Notes under the pieces: generated by a model | The model's database searches: none | What the model was told of the DNA's origin: nothing | Seen by the model: the letters and a program-made list of their open reading frames with translations, nothing else | Program-made: the position numbers and the translations under genes | Origin: a bacterium | GTDB lineage: Bacteria; Patescibacteriota; CPR2; UBA1875; JAJYID01 | Length of the DNA stretch: 64,000 nt | NCBI GenBank assembly: GCA_030647205.1 | Contig: JAUSJO010000008.1 | Span: 28,770-92,769 of the forward strand | Reading direction: 5' to 3' | In this document: positions 18,289-28,445 of the stretch, in pieces | Position numbering within the stretch: position 1 is the first letter of the stretch | Layout: each line of letters starts with the position of its first letter

Positions 18289-19662
18289 ATGAGTAAAAAA
18301 TCGATTGATGACATATTGAGTGAGATTGAAAACGAAAAAACCGGAGAAGAAGTGCGAAAAAACGAAGGCGGCGAAAAGACCCCTGTAAAGTTTAAAAAGA
18401 AAAAGAAAAAGAACTGGAAAAAAAGGATTATCCTTACATTGCTTGTCGTATTCTTGATTGGCGGTTCTTTAGTCGGTGTCAAAGCTTATATGATGGCAAA
18501 GAAAATGTTTCAGGGAGGGACGGTCCCCGGTCTTTTGGGTTTCTTGGGTCAAAACCAGCTGAAGGGTGAGGCGGATGGAAGGATTAATATTCTGCTTCTT
18601 GGCATCGGCGGTGCAAACCATCCCGGCGGAACGCTGACAGACACCATAATGGTTGCCAGTATCAAGCCGCAGACAAATGAAGTTGCTATGTTGAGCGTTC
18701 CGCGAGACCTATATGTTCCGATTGACGGTTACGGAAAGGACAAGATAAATGCCGCAAATGCTCTCGGCGAGCAGAAAAACTATCCCGGTGGCGGTATGGC
18801 ACTCTCAAAAGATACGATTTCAAAAACTCTTGATATTCCAATCCACTATACTGTCAGAGTTGATTTTGAAGGTTTTTCTAAGATCATTGATGCTGTCGGC
18901 GGAGTGGATATGGATGTTGAGCAGGATCTGTATGATCCATACTATCCTGATGGTACATACTCAATCAAAAAAGGGCATTATCACATGGACGGGAAAGCGG
19001 CGCTTAAATATGCCAGGAGTCGTGAGACTACCTCTGACTTTGACAGAGCAAAAAGACAGCAGAAAATAATAATTGCCGTAAAAGAGAAGGTATTAAGCGC
19101 AGGAACGCTTACAAATCCTCAAAAAATGAATGATATTTTATCAGCACTTTCTGATCATATCAAAACAGATATGCAAATATGGGAAGCCCAAAGGCTTGCA
19201 ACTATTTTCCAAAAAGTAGATAAAAATAAAATTATAAACAGAGTTTTAGATAACTCGGCAGATGGACCGCTTGAGTCTGCCAACATGGGAATGTATGTTC
19301 TTTTGCCTAAAACAGGAAACTTTAAGGAAATCCAAAGTATTGCTCAAAATATTTTTACCGATTCTTCTCTCAGAAGTGAGGCGGCGAAAATACAAGTATT
19401 GAATGCCACAGGGGTTTCGGGACAGGCGAAAAAGGCAGCAGATGGAATCTCAGGAAACGGATTTAAAATAGAAGATGTTTCAAACGCAGACGAAGTTAAC
19501 ACGGCAACCGTCATTTATGATCACTCAAATGGGACAAAGCCAAAAACGATAGAGTTTCTCGAGAAAAAATACTGTGTCAAGTCAGTGCAAAAGGCTGACA
19601 ATACCGGTGCGGGCTATGACATCTCGGTTGTGATAGGTAAAGACCAGCTAAACAAAGACTGA
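18289..19662 (+). CDS. LCP family protein with LytR C-terminal domain
   Basis: NILLLG, TDTIM, SVPRDLYV, YARSR...SDFDRAKRQQ, IQVLNATG..G.A. Confidence 0.92.
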   Translation: MSKKSIDDILSEIENEKTGEEVRKNEGGEKTPVKFKKKKKKNWKKRIILTLLVVFLIGGSLVGVKAYMMAKKMFQGGTVPGLLGFLGQNQLKGEADGRINILLLGIGGANHPGGTLTDTIMVASIKPQTNEVAMLSVPRDLYVPIDGYGKDKINAANALGEQKNYPGGGMALSKDTISKTLDIPIHYTVRVDFEGFSKIIDAVGGVDMDVEQDLYDPYYPDGTYSIKKGHYHMDGKAALKYARSRETTSDFDRAKRQQKIIIAVKEKVLSAGTLTNPQKMNDILSALSDHIKTDMQIWEAQRLATIFQKVDKNKIINRVLDNSADGPLESANMGMYVLLPKTGNFKEIQSIAQNIFTDSSLRSEAAKIQVLNATGVSGQAKKAADGISGNGFKIEDVSNADEVNTATVIYDHSNGTKPKTIEFLEKKYCVKSVQKADNTGAGYDISVVIGKDQLNKD

Positions 19663-20489
19663 TGAAAATACCTGCAGGAAATAAATCGGACTTAGTTCTT
19701 GCATTTCTCTACGTAGAAAGCATCCTTCTCTCTTTAATAATAGAAAATAGAGGATTTTTCTGGCTCCTCTTCGCGTTTTCGACAGTAACTGTTTTTTTCT
19801 ATAGTATTATTTTTCTGGAAATACACTGGAAAAAAATCCTCGAAAGCGAAAAAAAATATGATGTGACTATAGTTGTTGTAATGACGGCAATGCTTAATGC
19901 CAACGTTATGGTTTTTGCTAATCGTCTCATCCTTGGCATCATACTGCTTATCTACTATGTTGGTCTCAGGTACTTGATGGGAATGTTTAAGAGTTCTAAT
20001 GTGAGCCAAATGCAGAAAAATGCCCTCAATCTGTCTGTTCTGTTTACAATATTTCTTGGCAGCAACCTTCTTACTAATATTACTATTATTTTAGAAAAAG
20101 GGGTTGGTGAGATAGCCGTTGCCCTTTCTAATGTTGTTATGTTTGCATTTCTTTATCTAATCTCCTACTATAACTTTGCAAAAAACAGAGTCCCAAAGAA
20201 GTGGGCTCGCGTGTATTCTGCCGTTTTGGCGCTTATTTTGAGCGAAGCGTCTCTACTTGCCGGTTTTTATCTTGAAAGATATCCAAGTATATACAAAGTT
20301 GAAAGCACATCAAACATGGCGATTGTTACATTGCCGCTTTTTCTGGTCGTAATATACTATATGTTGTATGGACTCATGATACATAAACTAGAAAAGAGAC
20401 TTGCTTCACGTGTTTTAATGGAATACGTAGGGATATCAACCGTGATACTGATAACTTTATTTATAACTATACGTTGGTTTGCAACATAG
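19662..20489 (+). CDS. polytopic membrane protein
   Basis: multiple TM segments; start overlaps the LCP stop codon. Confidence 0.7.
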   Translation: MKIPAGNKSDLVLAFLYVESILLSLIIENRGFFWLLFAFSTVTVFFYSIIFLEIHWKKILESEKKYDVTIVVVMTAMLNANVMVFANRLILGIILLIYYVGLRYLMGMFKSSNVSQMQKNALNLSVLFTIFLGSNLLTNITIILEKGVGEIAVALSNVVMFAFLYLISYYNFAKNRVPKKWARVYSAVLALILSEASLLAGFYLERYPSIYKVESTSNMAIVTLPLFLVVIYYMLYGLMIHKLEKRLASRVLMEYVGISTVILITLFITIRWFAT

Positions 20490-20498
20490 GAGGCTTAT

Positions 20499-21653
20499 AT
20501 GGATCAATCTAGCAGTAGCAAGATCTCTGCGAAAAATTCAGATAATGAGAATGAACACGCAGTTTTAAAGAAAAAAGCTGCATTTTTAATAATTGCCTCT
20601 TTTGCTATGGGTATTTTAGGGGGGATCTTAGGATCTAATATTTCAAATGGGAATATAAACACTAACTTTGGCGGTGGAAATAAAACTTATAAGGTAACAG
20701 AACAGTCAGCAGTTATTGATGTAGTCAAAAAAGTTAGTCCTGCCGTAGTTAGTATTACAAGCGAGAGCTCGACCCTTGGGTTTTTTGGCCAAGTTCAACG
20801 GACAAAAAGTTCCGGTACAGGGTTCATTGTTGATCCAAACGGACTTATTGTTACAAATAAGCATGTTGTCGCAGATCAAAATGCCAAATACAGCGTTTTT
20901 ACAAGCGATGGCAAGGAGTATAAGGCGGAGATTAAAGCTCAGGATTCGTTAACCGACTTGGCATTTATAAAAATTGATGCAAAGGGTTTACCGGTTGCGG
21001 ATCTCGGCAACTCTGATGATCTTCAGGTTGGGCAAAGTGTGATTGCTATAGGTAATGCCCTGGGGCAATACCAAAATACAGTGACAACTGGTGTAGTCAG
21101 CGGTATCGGTAGGGCCATAGAGGCAGGAGACTCTACTGGCGGGTCTGCAGAGAATCTGGAAAATGTTATCCAGACTGATGCCGCTATAAACCCTGGAAAC
21201 TCAGGTGGTCCGCTTGTAAACATTGGCGGTCAAGTTATTGGTATAAACACTGCCGTAGATCAACAAGGGCAGCTCATCGGTTTTGCAATACCGATAAGTA
21301 TGATAAAAAAACAAATTGATTCCGTAAAAATTTCCGGTAAGATAGAGCGTCCCATTCTCGGAATTCGCTATATTCCTATTACGAAAGAGTTTGCGGCTAG
21401 AAATAACCTGAAAACCGAAAAAGGCGCGCTTGTCTACGGCGGGAGTGATCCGGGAGTCCTTCCGGGCTCACCGGCAGCCAAGGCGGGAATAAAAGACGGA
21501 GATATTATCCTAAAAATGGGCAATGATGAGCTTAACCAAAACCACTCTGTCACAGGGCTCTTACAAAAATATTCCCCAGGAGATAAGGTGACTCTCACAA
21601 TTCTCCGTGATTCAAAAGAACAAAAGATAGATGTGACCCTCGGGAAAAATTAG
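20499..21653 (+). CDS. htrA: HtrA/DegP serine protease with PDZ domain
   Basis: TNKHV, QTDAAINPGNSGGPL, SPAAKAGIKDGD. Confidence 0.95.
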   Translation: MDQSSSSKISAKNSDNENEHAVLKKKAAFLIIASFAMGILGGILGSNISNGNINTNFGGGNKTYKVTEQSAVIDVVKKVSPAVVSITSESSTLGFFGQVQRTKSSGTGFIVDPNGLIVTNKHVVADQNAKYSVFTSDGKEYKAEIKAQDSLTDLAFIKIDAKGLPVADLGNSDDLQVGQSVIAIGNALGQYQNTVTTGVVSGIGRAIEAGDSTGGSAENLENVIQTDAAINPGNSGGPLVNIGGQVIGINTAVDQQGQLIGFAIPISMIKKQIDSVKISGKIERPILGIRYIPITKEFAARNNLKTEKGALVYGGSDPGVLPGSPAAKAGIKDGDIILKMGNDELNQNHSVTGLLQKYSPGDKVTLTILRDSKEQKIDVTLGKN

Positions 21654-21776
21654 AGATAGTTTTCAGCGAAATTATTTTCATAATAATACCTCTTAAGTTT
21701 GACAAATGTAGGTAAATTTTGCTTTAATGATAGTAAGACTGTATTATTAACGTAAGGTTTAGCTAAAACATAAGGT

Positions 21777-22097
21777 ATGGCGAATAAAGAAAACTGTTGG
21801 GAGTTTAAAAAATGCGGCCGTGAACCGGGCGGGGAAAATGTTGGACATCTTGGTGTTTGTCCTGCTGCTCAGCATGGTGAAGGAGATGGCGTAAATGGAG
21901 GTGATTGTCGTGGTAGAGTATGTTTTGCCGTTACAGGAACTTTCTGTGGAGGAGAGATACAGGGAACATTTGCTCAGAAAGAAATAAGCTGCCTTGATTG
22001 CCCATTTTTCAATGTAGTTGAAGAGGAGGAAGGAAGCGACTTTTGTCTGCTTCTCCCGGGGCAAACATATACGCCAAGATACGACAAGAAGAAGTAA
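21777..22097 (+). CDS. Cys-rich two-CW-domain-like protein
   Basis: NCWEFKKCGRE...CPAA...GRVCF..TGTFC...CLDCPFF; TTGACA promoter at 21699. Confidence 0.7.
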   Translation: MANKENCWEFKKCGREPGGENVGHLGVCPAAQHGEGDGVNGGDCRGRVCFAVTGTFCGGEIQGTFAQKEISCLDCPFFNVVEEEEGSDFCLLLPGQTYTPRYDKKK

Positions 22098-22138
22098 GGT
22101 TCATCCGCAAACACTATATAGATTTAAGTTTTTTAGTT

Positions 22139-22612
22139 TTGTTAAAGAAGAATATATTTTTTATAGCAAGCTTAATCCTGATTATAGGATTAGGTTTTTT
22201 GTTTTTTCAAACTAAAAATATTGAAAAACCTAAAACTGAAAAACCTAAGAATGATGTTTGTTATAAAGACAGGTGTTTCCAGGTAGAGATCGCAAGAACT
22301 TACGCTGAACATGAGAAAGGCTTGATGTCCAGGGAGTCCCTGCCTGCGGACCATGGAATGCTCTTTGTTTTTAGGGAGTCTAGTAGGTACTCATTCTGGA
22401 TGAAAAATACTCTTATTCCGCTTGATATTATCTGGCTTGATGAAAATGGCAAGGTTGTTTATATCAAGGAAAATACCAAACCTTGTGGAGAGGGTTTATG
22501 CGAGACGATGAAACCAGATACCCCTGCTCTGTATGTCTTAGAAATAAATAGCGGGAAAGTAAAAGAAGTCGGACTAAATGTCGGGGATAGTGTCCAGTTC
22601 GATTTTAAATAA
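22139..22612 (+). CDS. DUF192 family protein (start uncertain)
   Basis: GLM.RE, GMLFVF, FWMKNTLIPLDII, YVLEIN.G. Confidence 0.88.
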   Translation: MLKKNIFFIASLILIIGLGFLFFQTKNIEKPKTEKPKNDVCYKDRCFQVEIARTYAEHEKGLMSRESLPADHGMLFVFRESSRYSFWMKNTLIPLDIIWLDENGKVVYIKENTKPCGEGLCETMKPDTPALYVLEINSGKVKEVGLNVGDSVQFDFK

Positions 22613-22615
22613 TAA

Positions 22616-22650
22616 GAAAAGCGGCACCATTTCCGGTGCCGCTTGTTTTT
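22616..22650. terminator. bidirectional terminator
   Basis: aaaagcggcacc-atttcc-ggtgccgcttgtttt. Confidence 0.8.
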
Positions 22651-22789
22651 ATACCTAGCTCGTTATTGCAGAGATCTAGATCAGCGGTCATTTTTTTGTT
22701 GATACGGTGAAAGCCACTTCGATTAGTGTAGAACCTACCAAGAGATACATCTCATGTCTCCCTTAGTATTTTCAATTTGGAGTTGGCTT

Positions 22790-23311
22790 TTAGCTTTTAA
22801 CAGGTTCCATAATGATTGCTATAGCTTCGACAAAGTGCTGAATGTACTGAGCATATTTACAGGTGACCAAGTTGCCGTTTACCACAACCGGCTTATCAAT
22901 AAACTCGCCCCTCGCTTCCATGATTTCTCTTACCGTCGGAGGGTCGCATGTCACTCTTCTGCCCTCTGATATGCCTGCTGCAGCGAGTGAAGCAGCCCCG
23001 TTTCCTATACTGCCGATGCACTTTCCTAAGCCATTTATAGCGAGAATGAGAGTCATTAGTTCGTCTTGAAGGCGAAGTAATGCAGGGGTTTCATGAGAGA
23101 GGATAATCAGACCATCAAGCCCCTTTTCATTTATTTCTGAGTATTTTCTCGTATTGGCAAACTTGTGGTTATCTCCTATAGCTCTTTCATTGCTTCCTAC
23201 GCCGATCAGTCGAAAACCCATAGGTTTAAGATGGGTTGCAAGTTTTAACGATTCAGCTGCTCTAAAACCGTTTTCGAGCACTATGCCTATTGCTTGTCCC
23301 TTGATATCCAT
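22790..23311 (-). CDS. degenerate DJ-1/PfpI family protein
   Basis: ENGF..E, DGLII, GRRVT, VVVNGNLVT; AICHG replaced by SIGNG. Confidence 0.75.
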   Translation of the reverse strand: MDIKGQAIGIVLENGFRAAESLKLATHLKPMGFRLIGVGSNERAIGDNHKFANTRKYSEINEKGLDGLIILSHETPALLRLQDELMTLILAINGLGKCIGSIGNGAASLAAAGISEGRRVTCDPPTVREIMEARGEFIDKPVVVNGNLVTCKYAQYIQHFVEAIAIIMEPVKS

Positions 23312-23484
23312 CTTTCTCACTCCTTTCAGCAAAGAAAATTATGGCAGAAATGCTTGATAGAAGGATTGATAATATTTAGAAGGTGCAAAAAGTGATTATA
23401 TCATAAATTCAATAAGTGGTAAAGTTTTTCTAATTATAAAAATAACCATAGAAACGCTTAAGCGTGAGTGCTAATATTATTCTC

Positions 23485-25002
23485 ATGGAAAAGGAATATA
23501 TGGTAGAAAAAGACGGTTTTGAAGGCAAACCGACATCTGTATGGCTTGATACGACGCCGGAAACTCATTTTGACGCTTTAGCTACTGATTTGAGCACTGA
23601 TGTTTGTGTAGTTGGCGGGGGTATCGCCGGTCTTATGAGCGCATATTTGCTTACAGAAGCCGGACACAAAGTTGTAGTTATTGAAGCCGGGAAAATTGTT
23701 GAGGACGTGACGGCTTACACTACAGCGAAAATTACGTCTCAACATGGTGATATTTATAGCTATTTGATTAAAGCGATTGGCGAGACAAAGGCAAAAATGT
23801 ATGCAGATGCTAACCAGTCCGGACTTAGAAAAATAGTCTCTATAATTCTGGACAAAAAAATAGATTGTGATCTCGTGAAGCAATCCTCATATTTATTTAC
23901 CGAAAAATATAGAAATGTGCCGATGCTAAAAAAAGAAGCACAAGCTGCAGCGAGACTAGGGCTACCTGCCTCATTTGTTGAGAGCACTCCGCTTGGTTTT
24001 GATAAGGGCGCGGTAGAGTTTAGGAACCAAGCCCAGTTTCATCCGCGAAAGTTTCTGCTGTTTCTAGCAAAGGAAATTGTAAAGAAAGGGTCTATTTTTG
24101 AAAATACCAGAGCGCTTGACATTAAGGATGGCAGTGTCATTACCGATAAAGGCAAAGTAACCGCCAAGAATATCGTAATAGCGACACACTTTCCATTTTT
24201 TGATAAAGAACGATTTTATACCAAGCTTTTCCCACACAGGTCATATGTTCTGGGTATGAGATTAAAGTCAGAGGTGCCTGAAGGGATGTATTTTAATATT
24301 GATGGCAACAGGGGTTCTATGCGAAACCAGATAGTAGACGGTAAGAAATATCTTCTAGTAGGTGCGGGAACAGAAAAAGCGGGAGAGGATGCGGATACGG
24401 AAAAATATTATGAAAACAACAAACAGTATGCGGAAGCAAGATTCAAAGTCGACTCTATAGATTATCACTGGTTTACTCAAGATAATCGGACTTTGGACAG
24501 AGTCCCATATATAGGTAAGCTCTCGCAAGGAAATATCTATGTGGCGACGGGCTTTGGCGGTTGGGGGATGACGACAAGCGCGGTGAGCGCAATGATTATC
24601 ACCGACCTAATATCAGACAAGGTAAATCCGTGGTCGCCACTATTTAACCCAAACAGAAGGGCTTATGTGAAATATACAAAAACACTCATTGGTGAAAATG
24701 TAAAACTGGTTAGCCATCTTTTGTCAAGACGACTAAAAAGGCATGCTTTTGATCTTCCGACCGGATTTGAGGCGGGAGAGGGGAAAATTATCAAAGTAAA
24801 AGGGAAGAAAGTGGCCATTTATAAAGATAAAAAAGGAGAGATTCATGCGATGTCGCCGAAATGCACGCATATGGGTTGTACGGTGAACTGGAATGGCACG
24901 GAAAAGACGTGGGACTGTCCTTGCCATGGCTCACGATATAACTATGACGGCAAGGTCATTCATGGGCCGGCGCTACGGGATTTAGAGAAAGAAGAGATTT
25001 AG
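23485..25002 (+). CDS. FAD-dependent oxidoreductase with C-terminal Rieske domain (YhfW-like)
   Basis: VVGGGIAG, TTAKIT.QH, QAQFHP, CTHMGC...WDCPCHGS. Confidence 0.92.
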   Translation: MEKEYMVEKDGFEGKPTSVWLDTTPETHFDALATDLSTDVCVVGGGIAGLMSAYLLTEAGHKVVVIEAGKIVEDVTAYTTAKITSQHGDIYSYLIKAIGETKAKMYADANQSGLRKIVSIILDKKIDCDLVKQSSYLFTEKYRNVPMLKKEAQAAARLGLPASFVESTPLGFDKGAVEFRNQAQFHPRKFLLFLAKEIVKKGSIFENTRALDIKDGSVITDKGKVTAKNIVIATHFPFFDKERFYTKLFPHRSYVLGMRLKSEVPEGMYFNIDGNRGSMRNQIVDGKKYLLVGAGTEKAGEDADTEKYYENNKQYAEARFKVDSIDYHWFTQDNRTLDRVPYIGKLSQGNIYVATGFGGWGMTTSAVSAMIITDLISDKVNPWSPLFNPNRRAYVKYTKTLIGENVKLVSHLLSRRLKRHAFDLPTGFEAGEGKIIKVKGKKVAIYKDKKGEIHAMSPKCTHMGCTVNWNGTEKTWDCPCHGSRYNYDGKVIHGPALRDLEKEEI

Positions 25003-25054
25003 TTTTGTATACTTGTTTTTGCTTTTGGGTGAGTGTAATTTAGTAACATAAGGC

Positions 25055-25104
25055 GTCATTCTGACGAAGGAAGAATCTCTAGATCCTTCGTACCTCAGGA
25101 TGAC
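25055..25104. repeat. inverted pair of GTCAT-type REP-like units
   Basis: gtcattctgacgaaggaagaatct-ct-agatccttcgtacctcaggatgac; reverse complement of the second unit matches 2514-2537. Confidence 0.75.
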
Positions 25105-25131
25105 AAAAACGTAAAGTAGGAGAGGTATTTT

Positions 25132-25632
25132 ATGGCAAAAAACAAAAACTGGGAAGAGAAAATGAAAGATTCTAAGGATCTGCCGAAAGTTGTAAAGCTG
25201 GATCCAAAAGGCGTAAAGCAGTGGGGTGGCGAAACGATGGTTGTGCCCGCGCCTTTGGAGGTGGATGAGATTATGAGGAGTGTTCCGGAAGGTAAGTTGG
25301 TTACAATAAATGAAATTAGACAAAAGTTAGCAAAAAAACATCACACGGATATCGGCTGCCCACTAACATCCGGCATATTTGCCTGGATTGTCGCTAATGC
25401 AGCCGAGGAAATGAGAGAAACCCTAAATGCTCAGGGCAAGAAAGGGGAAATTAGTGATAAAGATATCACTCCTTGGTGGAGAACTCTAAAAACCGGCGGA
25501 TTTCTGAACGAGAAATTCCCAAGTGGTCCTGACATGCAAAAGAAAATGCTCGAAGGCGAGGGGCATAAAGTTGCTCAAAAAGGCAAGAAATGGCAAGTAG
25601 AAGATTATGAAAGTAAAGTTGTTAAGGTGTAA
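25132..25632 (+). CDS. MGMT/alkyltransferase-like DNA-binding protein
   Basis: VPEGKLVT, CPLTSGIF, TPWWR..K.G.LNEKFP, LEGEG. Confidence 0.75.
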   Translation: MAKNKNWEEKMKDSKDLPKVVKLDPKGVKQWGGETMVVPAPLEVDEIMRSVPEGKLVTINEIRQKLAKKHHTDIGCPLTSGIFAWIVANAAEEMRETLNAQGKKGEISDKDITPWWRTLKTGGFLNEKFPSGPDMQKKMLEGEGHKVAQKGKKWQVEDYESKVVKV

Positions 25633-25634
25633 TT

Positions 25635-26105
25635 ATGAAAATCAAACTAAACTACATTATTATTCCCCTTATCGCCGTAGCTGTGGCGGTTTCGGGCAGC
25701 CTAGCAACATCTGCAAATATAGCTAGCTGGTATAGTAGCTTAACGCTGCCATCATTCGCTCCGCCAGGACAGATTATTGGTATTGTCTGGACAGCGCTTT
25801 ACGTTTTAATTACCGCCTCGGTTTTACTTTTTTGGAATAAATCCAAGCGCGATGATAAATTCCAGACTATTACCGGCATATTCCTCGTTAATGCTTTTCT
25901 AAATGCATTTTGGAGCTATGTATTTTTTTCTTTGCAGCAGATCGGCTTGGCAATTTTCGTATCAAGTGCAATGGCACTAACCATTTATGCCCTCATTTAT
26001 TTTATTTATTCTCGTCAAAGAATTGCGGCACTGCTCCTCATACCCTACGGTCTCTGGGTAACATTTGCCACATATCTCAACTATCTCATTTGGACGTTAA
26101 ACTAG
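25635..26105 (+). CDS. tspO: TspO/MBR family protein
   Basis: WYSSLTLPSFAPP, VWTALY, LNAFWS.VFF, LLIPY.LWV.FA.YLN. Confidence 0.92.
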   Translation: MKIKLNYIIIPLIAVAVAVSGSLATSANIASWYSSLTLPSFAPPGQIIGIVWTALYVLITASVLLFWNKSKRDDKFQTITGIFLVNAFLNAFWSYVFFSLQQIGLAIFVSSAMALTIYALIYFIYSRQRIAALLLIPYGLWVTFATYLNYLIWTLN

Positions 26106-26165
26106 AAGATTTCTTTTGTAACTATATACATATAAAAACTTTTATAGCTTTAATAAAATATAACC

Positions 26166-26645
26166 ATGATAGATCCAAACATTAAACCAACAGGATGCTG
26201 TGATCCTTTTGATCCCGAACCTTGGGATAAAAAGGAGATTTTGTGGGATGAGAAACTTTTTATGAAAGATCATATAAAAAGTGTTTTCCATATACCTATA
26301 GATATGAACAAAGTGATGACGAGAGATATGGAGAAGATTATGAAGGCGAACGCCAAAGGCGAGCAACTCATGCTTTCTGACGAGAAGTCTCTCTGGGGTT
26401 CAGATATCTATATTGCAGTTGCAAAAGAAGTGCCGGATGCTCAGATGACTACTCTTTCGGGCACATTTCTGACAAAAGTATATGAGGGGCCATATAAGGA
26501 TATACAAAAGTGGACTGAAGATATGAAGGAGTATGTGAAAGAAAAGGGTAAGGTAATAAAGAAAATGTATTTCTGCTATACCACCTGCCCTAACTGTGCC
26601 AAAGCCTACGGCAAAAACTATGTTATTCTCTTTGCCCAGGTATAG
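26166..26645 (+). CDS. conserved hypothetical protein (GyrI-like / putative hydrolase)
   Basis: CC.PFDP..WD, FLTKVYEGPY, YTTCP.CAK.YGKNYV. Confidence 0.65.
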   Translation: MIDPNIKPTGCCDPFDPEPWDKKEILWDEKLFMKDHIKSVFHIPIDMNKVMTRDMEKIMKANAKGEQLMLSDEKSLWGSDIYIAVAKEVPDAQMTTLSGTFLTKVYEGPYKDIQKWTEDMKEYVKEKGKVIKKMYFCYTTCPNCAKAYGKNYVILFAQV

Positions 26646-26760
26646 CTATCCTTGTGCTTCGACATTTTATGGCTTTGCACAATGTTTTTTTATAGATAAC
26701 TATATTATAATGTTCGATAGACCTATTTTACCGATGCTGTATTCTATGGAGGGGCATGGG

Positions 26761-26952
26761 ATGAATGAAGAAAGCGTAGAAATGGGCGAGAGTGCGCAAA
26801 TGGACAGTGCCGCTACTATATACAGCGGGTACACGAAATGTCCATATTGCAAAAAACCTATTTTTTCAGAACAGCTTCAGGGGCCGGGTGGCACATATGA
26901 GTGTGGCTCATGCCACAATCCTATAAGACCTGAGTTCCTGGAATGGAGATGA
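26761..26952 (+). CDS. small zinc-ribbon protein
   Basis: GGAGG RBS; CPYC...CGSC; terminator at 26992-27020. Confidence 0.65.
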   Translation: MNEESVEMGESAQMDSAATIYSGYTKCPYCKKPIFSEQLQGPGGTYECGSCHNPIRPEFLEWR

Positions 26953-27099
26953 AAAAATAGTCGTTAAAAAGTTTCTCCAGCAGGAGAAAGTAAAGGGGCG
27001 GTCCTGTGAGGCCGCCCCTTATTCTGCGGGATATATACATGGATTATTACAAACATTTAGGAATCAAGCAAAACTCTAGCTGATTATCCCTAAATAGGG

Positions 27100-27170
27100 T
27101 ATAATTATCATATCTAAAAAATTGTAGTCGGGAGGGATCCCGGCTTGTTCATTTACAAAGACAAAGGAGA
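27100..27170 (+). promoter_or_regulatory. -10 box plus leader hairpin plus boxA-like motif, shared with 57452-57530
   Basis: agtcgggagggatcccggcttgttcatttacaaa, 33/34 identical to 57479-57512. Confidence 0.75.
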
Positions 27171-27174
27171 AATC

Positions 27175-27318
27175 ATGAGTAGCGGACCTAATGCACAAAA
27201 AGCACGACGATTGTTGGAAGATAGAACTCCGGCTCGTTGTTTAACGTGTGGAATGAAACTAGCAACCATCTGGAGCAAGCATAACTGTCACATTCCTGTC
27301 GGAATCCACAAAAAGTAG
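27175..27318 (+). CDS. 47-aa Cys/His microprotein (not in ORF track)
   Basis: AAAGGAG RBS; MSSGPNAQKARRLLEDRTPARCLTCGMKLATIWSKHNCHIPVGIHKK. Confidence 0.55.
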   Translation: MSSGPNAQKARRLLEDRTPARCLTCGMKLATIWSKHNCHIPVGIHKK

Positions 27319-27445
27319 GAAGTGGTCTGATGAAAAAAATCAGCAAGGTAGTAAATTCACTGTCTTTACCTACGTGGTTGTGCCCGATTTGCTTTATTGT
27401 GCGGCGTTTCTTCCCGTTTTCAACACCTTCAAAGGAGTTCTCACA

Positions 27446-27634
27446 ATGGGGAAACTAAATGCAGGGTACGTAATAGCGGCAATGTTTTTCTTTGCGGCGA
27501 TCATCAGCTGGTTTAGATGGTCAGAGATTATTCTGACAATTTTCTTTGTCGTTGCAACCATATGTTTTTTCCGTTTTGGGAGATCTATCTCAAGGGCTAT
27601 CAGTGGCTCAACGAAGAGTCAAGTTAGGGAGTGA
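27446..27634 (+). CDS. small two-TM protein
   Basis: AAAGGAG RBS before ATG 27446. Confidence 0.6.
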   Translation: MGKLNAGYVIAAMFFFAAIISWFRWSEIILTIFFVVATICFFRFGRSISRAISGSTKSQVRE

Positions 27635-27930
27635 TGTTCAACATGAGAGATGAAGCCGGAGAATACAAGCTGGACAAGTTGATAGATAAGGTAATCTTCG
27701 CGACGATTGAAGAAATATCAGATGACTTGCGCGAGCAGTTTTATGACCATAAGCGCCGGTCGGAAGGACAGATCAACTTCGAGGTCGGCGGCGAAACATT
27801 CTCAGTGAGGGAAGATGAGATGCCCAAAGACTTCAACGAGCAAAAGGTTTTTATCGTCAAGCGGTTCTTCGATGTCAAGTTGGATAGATACGCTGAGAAT
27901 TTGCGGAAAATGCTGAAGAGCCCCTACTAG
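27631..27930 (+). CDS. hypothetical protein
   Basis: start overlaps upstream stop; AGGGAG RBS. Confidence 0.65.
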   Translation: MMFNMRDEAGEYKLDKLIDKVIFATIEEISDDLREQFYDHKRRSEGQINFEVGGETFSVREDEMPKDFNEQKVFIVKRFFDVKLDRYAENLRKMLKSPY

Positions 27931-27958
27931 TTATACGCAAGACAAAAGGAGAAGCTCT

Positions 27959-28321
27959 ATGGACAAAGAAATGGCTAATATATTTCTGGACTTGAAAGTC
28001 GCAGAATGTATCGAGGATTTTCCTTATGACTTTCCTATGTCAGAAGAGGCAGAAAAAGAGCTTGGGATGCGTGTCGTGACATGCCTCGAAAAAATCCAAT
28101 CACCCGAAGATCTCTGGGCGATATTGCAGGCGGATGATACCAACTTCGAGCTGGCTCTTAACTACTCAACACCATTGTATGGTGCTTATGGTGGAGATAC
28201 AGTTTCCTCTGTGAGAGCCGAGGCGGGGGTTAAGTTCTGCATCCTCCACAATATCCTCTTCTTCAAGTGTCTTGAGTTACTTCCAGAGAAAAAAAGACAA
28301 GAGCATGGGGTTATCAGCTGA
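27959..28321 (+). CDS. hypothetical protein
   Basis: AAGGAG RBS. Confidence 0.65.
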   Translation: MDKEMANIFLDLKVAECIEDFPYDFPMSEEAEKELGMRVVTCLEKIQSPEDLWAILQADDTNFELALNYSTPLYGAYGGDTVSSVRAEAGVKFCILHNILFFKCLELLPEKKRQEHGVIS

Positions 28322-28384
28322 TCAGGCAAGCTTCTAGCCCAAAAGGCCATTAAGTGTCTCCGGAGAGAGCCATGGTCTCATCTT

Positions 28385-28411
28385 AAGACCCGATTTATTT
28401 CGGGTCTTTTT
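28385..28411 (+). terminator. gacccg-type intrinsic terminator
   Basis: aagacccga-tttatt-tcgggtcttttt; same stem as 58298-58326. Confidence 0.8.
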
Positions 28412-28445
28412 CTTTTACCCAAAATATTTATGCTATAATATTTTC

